Assembly: GCF_006345805.1 (NCBI RefSeq)
Contig: NW_021832161.1
Span: 1 to 31,815, forward strand
Direction of reading: 5' to 3'
DNA length: 31,815 nucleotides
Source of the DNA: Octopus sinensis
Lineage: Eukaryota
In this document: piece after piece, positions 22,946 through 31,815 of the stretch
Layout of the letters: each line of letters opens with the position of its first letter
How positions within the stretch are numbered: the stretch's first letter is position 1
Program-made: the position numbers and the translations under genes
The notes under the pieces: generated by a model
Told to the model about the DNA's origin: nothing
The model's input: only the letters and a program-made list of their open reading frames with translations
Database searches by the model: none

Positions 22946-22995
22946 TGAGAACGTACGTTTCAAGATTAGTCAACTCGACATTTCTATCATCCTCA
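22946..22995 (-). ncRNA. hammerhead-like motif, unit 6, core disrupted
   Basis: Plus strand TCATCCTCAG lacks AG, which removes C3-U4 of CUGAUGA; real mutation or read error. Confidence 0.35.
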
Positions 22996-23501
22996 GAACT
23001 CCTTGGTTTGGATTTGAAAACACTGAAAGTGGGAGCATACCCTTTCGGCTTCTTATCGCTTCTGAAGATCTGCTCGAACTAACAGTGCCAGCAAACTCAA
23101 ATATGCAAGCGAAGAATTTCTCTGCTCTCCCCTTTCCACCAGCGTGGGTTAAAATCAGTAAACACTATGCTTTTTTCGGTAAAATCCGAGGCATAAATAG
23201 AGAGAGATGAATTATAATTTCAACAATTGAGGGTAAAATTAATTAATTATTAATCAATTTCACCAAGTATTCAGTATGCAAAGGGACCATTTAAGGCGAA
23301 TTCAAATTATTACGTTATATAAAAGGGCTTAGTAAAATAAATTACTTTGCCGCATACTGAACTCATTAGAAATAGTAGCTAAAAAACTTTTTTAAAACTA
23401 TTTCTAATACTTAAAGAAAACCTCTCTCATATAGCGTTTGCTCAATTCAACTCACAAAAGTATGGGGGTAAAGACATTAAAAATCAAATGCAAAGGTTAT
23501 T

Positions 23502-23553
23502 TGAGAACGTACGTTTCAAGATTAGTCAACTCGACATTTCTATCATCAGCTCA
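23502..23553 (-). ncRNA. type I hammerhead-like motif, unit 7
   Basis: Identical to unit 2. Confidence 0.6.
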
Positions 23554-24057
23554 GAACTCCTTGGTTTGGATTTGAAAACACTGAAAGTGGGAGCATACCC
23601 TTTCGGCTTCTTATCGCTTCTGAAGATCTGCTCGAAACTAACAGTGCCAGCAAACTCAAATATGCAAGCGAAGAATTTCTGCTCTCCCCTTTCCACCAGC
23701 GTGGGTTAAAATCAGTAAACACTATGCTTTTTTCGGTAAAATCCGAGGCATTAATAGAGAGAGATGAATTATAATTTCAACAATTGAGGGTAAAATTAAT
23801 TAATTATTAATCAATTTCACCAAGTATTCAGTATGCAAGGGACCATTTAAGGCGAATTCAAATTATTACGTTATATAAAAGGGCTTAGTAAAATAAATTA
23901 CTTTGCCGCATACTGAACTCATTAGAATAGTAGCTAAAAAAACTTTTTTAAAAACTATTCTAATACTTAAAGAAAACCTCTCTCATATAGCGTTTGCTCA
24001 ATTCAACTCACAAAAGTATGGGGGTAAAGACATTAAAAATCAAATGCAAAGGTTATT

Positions 24058-24108
24058 TGAGAACGTACGTTTCAAGATTAGTCAACTCGACATTCTATCA
24101 TCAGCTCA
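24058..24108 (-). ncRNA. type I hammerhead-like motif, unit 8
   Basis: As unit 2, with a 1-nt deletion in the stem II internal loop. Confidence 0.55.
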
Positions 24109-24497
24109 GAACTCCTTGGTTTGGATTTGAAAACACTGAAAGTGGGAGCATACCCTTTCGGCTTCTTATCGCTTCTGAAGATCTGCTCGAAACTAACAGT
24201 GCCAGCAAACTCAAATATGCAAGCGAAGAATTTCTGCTCTCCCCTTTCCACCAGCGTGGGTTAAAATCAGTAAACACTATGCTTTTTTCGGTAAAATCCG
24301 AGGCATTAAATAGAGAGAGATGAATTATAATTTCAACAATTGAGGGTAAAATTAATTAATTATTAATCAATTTCACCAAGTATTCAGTATGCAAAGGGAC
24401 CATTTAAGGCGAATTCAAATTATTACGTTATATAAAAGGGCTTAGTAAAATAAATTACTTTGCCGCATACTGAACTCATTAGAAATAGTAGCTAGCT

Positions 24498-24568
24498 AAA
24501 ATGGTCCCTTTGCATACTGAACTTGGTGAAATTGATTAATAATTAATTAATTTTACCCTCAATTGTTG

Positions 24569-24575
<7 letters not shown>
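24498..24575. repeat. terminal inverted copy (~78 bp) of unit segment 24327-24405
   Basis: AAATGGTCCCTTTGCATACTGAACTTGGTG..CCCTCAATTGTTGAAATTAT is the reverse complement of ATAATTTCAACAATTGAGGG..GGGACCATTT, with a 2-nt deletion. Confidence 0.95.
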
Positions 24576-24604
<29 letters not shown>

Positions 24605-24605
<1 letters not shown>

Positions 24606-25011
24606 TCTCTCTTTTACTCTTTTACTTGTTTCAGTCATTTGACTGTGGCCATGCTGGAGCACCACCTTTAGTTGAGCAAATCGACCCCAGGACTTATTCT
24701 TTGTAAGCCTAGTACTTATTCTATCGGTCTCTTTTGCCGAACCGCTAAGTTACCAGGACGTTAACACACCAACATCGGTTATCAAGCGATGTTGGGTAGG
24801 GGGGGACAAACACAGAAACACAAACATATGCACACACATGCAGATATATATATATATATATATATATACGACGGGATTCTTTCAGTTTCCGTCAACCAAA
24901 TCCATTCACAAGGCTTTGGTCGACCCGAGGCTATAGTAGAAGACACTTGCCCAAGGTGCCACGCAATGGGACTGAACCCGGAGCCATGTTGTTGGTAAGC
25001 AAGCTACTTGC

Positions 25012-25013
<2 letters not shown>
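24605..25013 (-). mobile_element. SINE family A, near full length, with LINE-derived 3' tail
   Basis: tRNA-like head remnant, central domain, (TA)n, and tail CAGTC-AAAT-GACTG AAACAAGTAAAAGAGTAAAAGAG. Confidence 0.9.
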
Positions 25014-25078
<65 letters not shown>

Positions 25079-25299
25079 GTAGTGTATGACTTCAAACTGT
25101 ATCCGGTTATCCTGTTGTAAGACCCCTATTTAGGGAGTTTCAGGTTTTTAAAGAATGTGGGACCACCTCTTATTCACTATTGTTCCGGGATCTGCTCTGA
25201 CCCGAAGCAGTAGTACCTGTCAAGGCCCAGTTATGGATTAATTAGCACATATTTAAGTTTCCTTACTGAAGCATCTCAAGACGGGATCGGACGGACTCA

Positions 25300-26110
25300 G
25301 GAGAAAAAACCTTCGTGGTTCAATGCAGAAGAAAGCAGCAGCACCAATGCATTGTGATATGTAGAGAGGATGATGAGACAAACAAGACCTCATGTTTATC
25401 CACTGCATTCGTGTCCATCTCTAGTCATCTTGAGCCGCCCTTGTCAGCCACTGGAATGAAAATGGCCAAGGACGAGAAATCGGGGTTGACGGTGCACAAC
25501 TCTTCTCCACTTTAACAAGTCATCAAGAATGTCTAGATGGTTCTCGTTGTACCAGGAGACAACATGAAATTCGGGCATCAGCTTCGAAGTGGGCCTCTTA
25601 CGAAAACATAAATTGAACCAATATTGTTTCCTTGCCTCACAACCACCGAAGAATCCCATTAATTTTCTGACGATTCTATAGACATTCAACAAGCCATTGT
25701 TTGTATTCATTGAATTTCATGATCCGGGAGAAGAAGAATCGTGGCATCGTGATCCATGTTCAGGTTTCCCATGGGTACCGCCTATCATAATCTTGAACGT
25801 ATTCTCATGTGAGAGAGTTTACCAAATTAAAAAAAATATTATCTTATATTTTGTAAGCGATAAAACACCCTGAACGTTTATAAGCTTCAGCCGACATTAG
25901 AGCGTTGCATGAGTGATGGCACCACTCAAAAATTAATATTATGAATATCTGCCAAAAGTTGGACGAAGAATTTCAAAGATCTCAGTAACATACCTCCTGG
26001 GTTTCGTGAATTTGGTGCCAGCATATTGTTCGAATCTGTATAAATTGCGAAGCTGTTCTGATACAGCGTTACTTCACGTCATAACCGAACACCAGCAGAT
26101 ATCATGGAAG
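25300..26110 (+). mobile_element. possible highly decayed CR1/L2-like ORF2 fragment
   Basis: Weak, scattered motifs in plausible order: KKPSWFNAE, KDLSN..ILFESV, SDTALLHVITEH. Many stops. Confidence 0.3.
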
Positions 26111-26576
26111 TTATTCACAGAATATATATATTAGTTTCTTTAAAACTAAACTCGATCTCTTCTTGTCAAAGAGAGACGACGAAAACTGGAACCATAAAAA
26201 GCAGATACTAACCAATGCCATCAATACCAATAGAGGACCCCACCTGGTCTACACTCAATGAGAGCTCTGAAAGTGCAGGTAAATCTGGGCTAGCATTTCA
26301 AGCGAAAACTTCAATTATGAAGTGAGTTATTGACTTTAGTAAGAAAAAAAAATGGAGAATCTGATACTTATAGCGAATATACTTAATATTCTTTGTTATT
26401 GCTTGCAAACGTGAACATGAATATGCACGTGTGTGTGTGTGTGTTGTGTGTATTATTTAATAAACACAATACATGTTTTATGCGCTATTAATAGTTTCAT
26501 GTGCTGAGAACATACCAATGTATTATAGCACAACTCGGTTCAGTCATCAGGCACAGCCCATAGGGCATATAAAGTC

Positions 26577-26820
26577 AAAATGAGGGTGAAAAATTGGATA
26601 TTAATTTAATAACATCAATTTAACACCAGCGGTTTAGCGCATAAAAAACTGAGGTTCAGTAAATATTTTATACATAAATATAAGAGGGATCCACTATGTG
26701 GAAGCCTACGTTTATGCTGTGCTAAATTTTCTTGAGAACAATTCTTAGTGGTTGAGACTCATGCAGATCACTTTTTAGCGTAAAGGCTTCCACATAGTGG
26801 TTCCCTCTCATATTTATGTA
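26577..26820. mobile_element. short element with a 37-bp inverted repeat (26671-26707 / 26784-26820) abutting (TA)n; MITE or PLE-type inverted end
   Basis: TACATAAATATAAGAGGGATCCACTATGTGGAAGCCT versus reverse complement TACATAAATATGAGAGGGAACCACTATGTGGAAGCCT (2 mismatches). Confidence 0.75.
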
Positions 26821-27199
26821 CATATATATATATATATATAGCCGAAGGATTAAAATTATTCAAAGGATATAGTATGTCTACCTGCTTGAAATAACAGTCA
26901 AAACTCTTATTAAATAGCCAAAAATACACTGATGATAACTACAGAAATCAAACAAAGGCAAAGTCAGGTTAAGACAATCTACTAACATACATTTAAGTAT
27001 TTGGACTCACGTGGACCGGTTTTTGCACTGGCAAAATAAGCCGTAGCTTCTTCATCACGCGTTACCATGATTAGAGAATCTCAACTCATCGTTTAAAAGT
27101 CTGTGCCGCACCTGATTCGTTTTGTGCCGAAATCACAGCAGCCACCAGTGTAAAATTATCTCGATATAATTTACGAGAAAAATAATTCATATATATATA

Positions 27200-27430
27200 T
27201 AATTTTTAAAACGTAACTACATGTGAATCGTTGGCGATTATCTTCCCCCGTCTTCCGCTTCTATTGGACTTTCCTCTGTTTCTGAAGAAGAGCTTTGCTC
27301 GAAACGTTAAACCGTCTTTCTTTCCTTCCCTGAGCATTTCCTAATGCTTTACATCTACCACGTCCTCGAGAAGTTGTGGTCTTTTTTGTGTTCTTCGTTT
27401 ATCTGGATTTATATATCGCCCCACCACCGT
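27200..27430 (+). mobile_element. short (TA)n-flanked element carrying a minimal hammerhead; probable PLE pseudo-LTR derivative
   Basis: About 230 bp of unique sequence between TA runs, containing the motif at 27278-27312. Confidence 0.55.
27278..27312 (+). ncRNA. minimal type I hammerhead ribozyme
   Basis: GUUU-CUGAAGA-A-GAGC-UUU-GCUC-GAAA-CG-UU/AAAC. 4-bp stem I, 4-bp stem II, loopless palindromic ACGU stem III, one extra A after A9. Confidence 0.7.
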
Positions 27431-27433
27431 TAT

Positions 27434-27510
<77 letters not shown>

Positions 27511-27533
27511 CTTATATATATACACACAATATT

Positions 27534-27564
<31 letters not shown>

Positions 27565-27962
27565 CATAATATATATATATATACATATATATGTATATAT
27601 ATATATATGCACGTTTTATACATTCATATATATATATATATATATATTTATAATATAATATATATATATTATATTTAACATGCCATGGTCCCTTGAGCCC
27701 CTGATGAAGCCGTAGGAGCGGTGTCGGCACACACGGCATGTCTTGGACATCTAAGAGAGCGTGAACCTATTTTTGTCTATGAGCAATGCCGGTTCCAGAA
27801 AGTGAGAAAGAGATGTATAGTAAGAAACGACATCAAAAGGGTGGAAAGACAAAGTTGACCTCGTCAGAGATTGAACTTAGAGACGCAGAGAACCGGAACG
27901 ATTACCGCAAAGCAATCTATCCGACGGTCTGCTCTAACGACCCGGCAAAATGGCGCCTAGAA

Positions 27963-28032
<70 letters not shown>

Positions 28033-28709
28033 CGTATTTGTGTAGAGTTCTGTCTGGAAGCAGCGTTAGAGACGAGCAGACATTTATAAGTCAAGATGTC
28101 ATCTTTGCGTCGGTCATTTCATTGTGTGTGCGCGTGTATATGTGTGTGTGTGGGGGGGGATTGGGTGTATGCGACTACTATACTGACTGTATGTGTGTAT
28201 GTAAGTTCATTAAACAACTTCATTAATACACACATACACATATTATAAACACACACACACACACACACCACACACACACACACACACTCACACTCACGCA
28301 CACACAACGCATGCTACGTTTGAACTATGATACATTGAATGAAAAAGTCAACTAACGGTTTTGTGGGCGCCATAGCTTCAATCGATCATCACAATTTTTA
28401 GTCGATCCGAAAAGAATGTTCAAATATAATATAATATTATATATATATATATATATATATGCGTGTGTATGTGTGTGTGTGTTTTCTCACGCGCGTGCGT
28501 GCGTATCTGCGTCTGTGTGTGTGAGTCTCTGCGACTCTGCGTGTGCGTGTGTATGTATGATATTACATATATATGTATAACCATGTATATACGTATGTGT
28601 ATGTATATATTACATATATATACATACATATATATATACATAGATATATACATGCACACACACACACACACATATATATATAATACATACATAATACATA
28701 CATACATAT

Positions 28710-28777
<68 letters not shown>

Positions 28778-28883
28778 CGCCTATGATATGTTATCTGCTT
28801 GTATGTATCAATAGATATAGATAGATGGAACATATGTACATTTGTATAATATATATATGTATATATTGTATATTATATATATA

Positions 28884-28970
<87 letters not shown>

Positions 28971-29000
28971 CATACATGTAGAATGTGTATAAATATATAA
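27430..29000. repeat. region dominated by (TA)n/(CA)n/(TG)n microsatellites
   Basis: Direct reading (27430-27675, 27960-28035, 28230-28310, 28430-29000). Confidence 0.9.
27838..27950 (-). mobile_element. SINE family B fragment, diverged
   Basis: GACAAAGTTGACCTCGTCAGAGATTGAACTTAGA..TACCGCAAAGCA..GCTCTAACGA. Confidence 0.55.
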
Positions 29001-29418
29001 CCTATGTCTATGTGTATGTTTGTTTTGGAGGGTGTTTGTTTACATTGTGCGCATTTCGATTTGTCTGTTTTGAGTCTGCTATCATCTGTTTATTGTCCAA
29101 AGCCAACAGCGGCCAACATCCAACAACCCTCGCATGATATATGTCTTCGTTATATTTTGCGACTTCGAACAGTGGTGGAAGTACATCGCGCTATGGCGGT
29201 GAGGGGAAAATCGGTGTAACTTTTGGGGTTCGGTAGAAACGGTGAGGCAAGATCCTTTACGGTGTAGGTGGAATGAGCTGTCTTTAGGTTCTGGCGTGGT
29301 GACGGTCAGTTGTGCCTTTCATCTTCTCGGGTATGGGGTGTGCGATAAAAATTGGTTGCCAAAAAATACCGTGTGTGCGATCTCCCTCAATGCGTGTGAC
29401 ACGGTCGCTATGGTACAA

Positions 29419-29419
29419 A

Positions 29420-29502
<83 letters not shown>
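29419..29502. repeat. (TAC)n-(AAT)n microsatellite
   Basis: Direct reading. Confidence 0.95.
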
Positions 29503-29503
<1 letters not shown>

Positions 29504-29625
29504 GCGCTGATGCAGTACCAGGCAGTGGTTCTCGTGGCTTCTGATCTTAAGTGATATGAAGGGTTATCACGTTTATTTTTTTTTTTGTCATGGTATAAAA
29601 GATGGGCTTCATAGCCATGTGTTGA
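29503..29625 (-). mobile_element. non-LTR element 3' end with (ATT)n tail, family uncertain
   Basis: CTGATGCAGTACCAGGCAGTGG..GGCTTCTGATCTTAA..GGTATAAAAGATGGGCT, recognised from memory as a common octopus repeat. It abuts (AAT)n. Confidence 0.45.
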
Positions 29626-29649
29626 GAGGGATTCTTTGGTGTTTGAATA

Positions 29650-30340
29650 ATTCACCTCTGGAAACATGGGTGTCAAAGAATGAAGAGATCAGAAAAGAAA
29701 CAGAAATATTCATAATGGCTTCTCAAAGCCAGTCGTTGCCAACGAATAGCATTAAGGCCAAAACATACAAATCGGCGAAAAGTGTAATGAGGAAGAGGAA
29801 TCTATTATGAGCATAAAAAGTTCCTGCAGTTCTTTCGCGCAGAAAGGATATGGTCACAGGCACACTCGGATATATTACGAAGCTAAGCGGATATCAAGTA
29901 GGAAGGAAATGGTACATCAACCAGAAACTGTAAGAGAAAACAAGCAATAGAAGAGTTTAAGGATTTTGATAAAAAGACCGATCGAAAATTTCGTGCCAGG
30001 TGACCAGATATTATGGTACTTGACAAGGAGAAAAAAGTGCACCCTCATAGATGTGACTATATCTGCGGTCATAAATGCAGTGGTCATGAATGTAGCGGTC
30101 AAAGAACAAGAAAATAGGCAAAAAACAGGATTTGGCTAAGGTAATACTACGATGGTAGAAGGTCTCTACAAAAGTACTCCCAATTATTTTAGTGACCCAC
30201 GTACTGTCACCAACAAATTTGAAAGCTCCCTTACTGAGTTTGGTTTAAATACAAGAGAGGCATTAATTCATAATTCTGCTCTACTGGGGACAGTAGGGTT
30301 ATAAGAAAGGTCCTCGACATCCAGGGAAACTGGTTGTAAC
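29650..30340 (+). mobile_element. R4/Dong-clade LINE C-terminal fragment (decayed CCHC region and PD-(D/E)xK-type endonuclease)
   Basis: W..NEEIRKETEIFIMASQSQSLPTN..KAK, then WY.HQPETVREN, PDIMVLDKEKK-CTLIDVTI, and finally SALLGT...RKVLDI. Confidence 0.8.
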
Positions 30341-30461
30341 GCGTATGAAGGACTTGATGCAATATCTCTGCTCGAAGCGTTCGGGTGAGAACGAAAATCC
30401 GACGAGGGCGCGCAACACGTCTGAACTCTAGGTGTAACAGCTCAAAGCTGTCGCGGCCTAT

Positions 30462-30552
30462 GGGCGCGAAAATATTCATGCATGCGCAGGAAGGCCGGTG
30501 TCACCTCTCACCCAAAGAATTTTGTCTAGGTGGCATTAGTTTTGGCGGGAAA
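30462..30552. promoter_or_regulatory. candidate E2F/NRF1-like motif cluster
   Basis: GGGCGCGAAAA (30462-30472, reverse TTTTCGCGCCC), GCATGCGCA (30480-30488) and TTTGGCGGGAAA (30541-30552), in a CpG-rich patch. Confidence 0.35.
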
Positions 30553-30696
30553 ATATAAAGACAGACTCGCTTTGAACCACCTTGCATAAGTAAATACGTA
30601 TAATATATAAAATAGGTGTTACGTATGGCTTGATATATCTGTTAGTATATGCATACATTTGTGTATATGTATATGTATGAATATTATATATATATA

Positions 30697-30730
<34 letters not shown>

Positions 30731-30911
30731 CACAAATACATGAATAATTACTTCAATTTCGGAATAAAAGTGAAAGTATAAGACTGCGCATGGGTGATGT
30801 GCAAATACATCGATCTCTGATGACGTCAGCAAACCCAAGTGTGGCTTCTACAAGATGTCTTGAATCAGCTGACATTCTTGTCATTCTTCGCCTTCGTGTC
30901 GTAATTTCTCT

Positions 30912-30919
30912 GTATTATT

Positions 30920-30972
<53 letters not shown>

Positions 30973-31193
30973 CATTATTTTTTTATTAATCATTATTTTT
31001 ATTATTATTATCATCATTATTATTATTATTATCATTATTTTTATTATTATCATTATTTTTATTATTATTATACATCATTATTATTATTATTATTATCAAT
31101 CATCATCAGCATCATTATTATTATTATTATTTTGTATACGAAGAAGAAGAAGAAGAAGAAGAAGACGAGAAGAAGTATAGTGTAGTATTAGAA

Positions 31194-31225
<32 letters not shown>
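30912..31225. repeat. compound (TTA)n-(AAG)n-(GTA)n microsatellite
   Basis: Direct reading. Confidence 0.95.
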
Positions 31226-31719
31226 ACCGCATTCGTTTTCCATTATCTCCGCAATCTCTCCAAACTTACATCATATAACAATTAATATTTGTCACTGGAC
31301 ACTTGACGCGTTCAGTTATATAAAGATTAGAGAAACTGCTAATTGCTCTGGGTAGTAGTTAGAGTAGTTCTAGCAGTAATGGTTGCTCTTGTTGTTGTTG
31401 TTGTTGTGGTGGTGGTGGTGGCGGTTGTAGTGGTAGCAATGGTTGCGGCGATATCGGTGTTGTTTTTGGTGGTGGTGGTGGTGGTGGTGGAGAACAACGT
31501 TTCAGCAGGTTATTGTCCTTCATCAGAGAGGAGGAAGAGACCGAGTTAAAGTTAGCGAAACTCCGTCACTCCGTCGGTAGACAAGGGTTCGAAACCCCGT
31601 CTGTCTTTTCCACTCCTGAAATCAACTGAACTGAACGATATTGTATGAATTCACAATTTTATGCTAAAAGTTAAATAGAAAAATGTACCATAAAAACGAA
31701 AATGTTTTATTCTTTATCT

Positions 31720-31815
31720 TTTTTTATTCTTTATTTATTTCAGTCATTTGACTGCGGCCATGCTGGGACACCAGCTTCAGTCGAGCAAATCACCCCAGGA
31801 CTTATTCTTTGTAAA
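31720..31815 (-). mobile_element. SINE family A 3' tail, running off the window
   Basis: CAGTCATTTGACTGCGGCCATGCTGG..CCCCAGGACTTATTCTTTGTAA. Confidence 0.85.

Larger units (their letters stand above)
19971..24494 (-). repeat. tandem array of ~559-bp units (8 units plus ~67 nt) carrying hammerhead-like motifs; retrozyme-like element
   Basis: Anchor TGAGAACGTACG at 20155, 20710, 21268, 21829, 22388, 22946, 23502 and 24058. Copies differ almost only by small indels. Strand is assigned from the ribozyme motif. Confidence 0.95.

Noticed and set aside
20645-24323. Repeated MLNSTHKSMGVKTLK.. ORFs
   Set aside because: They start at TTG, differ in frame among near-identical units and have no recognisable domain; they are by-products of the repeat.
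19971-24494. CRISPR-like or rDNA/histone tandem interpretation of the array
   Set aside because: No unique spacers, and no rRNA, 5S, snRNA or histone sequence is recognisable in the unit.
30231-30479. Minus ORF MNIFAPIGRD..
   Set aside because: Nearly half of it is antisense to the R4 C-terminus and no domain is recognised.

Overview
Repeat-saturated, AT-rich eukaryotic non-coding DNA. The SINE families and microsatellite load look like an Octopus/cephalopod genome (inferred from memory, not a database search). No host protein-coding gene, rRNA or true tRNA gene is supported; almost all ORF-track entries are microsatellite read-through. The window holds many tRNA-derived SINE copies and decayed transposon fragments: an L2/CR1-type 3' end, two R4/Dong-clade fragments, a Penelope-like RT, a duplicated CRE-clade endonuclease segment, mariner pieces, a piggyBac-type MITE and a solo LTR. 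The standout is a ~4.6-kb array (19971-24575) of about 8.1 near-identical ~559-bp units, embedded in (TA)n and ending in a ~78-bp inversion. Each unit carries a minus-strand type I hammerhead-ribozyme-like motif with a palindromic stem III and a non-canonical U.U at 10.1-11.1; the core is broken in unit 6. This is the architecture of a retrozyme-like, possibly Penelope-mobilised, self-cleaving/circular RNA concatemer. A second, near-canonical minimal hammerhead lies at 27278-27312.
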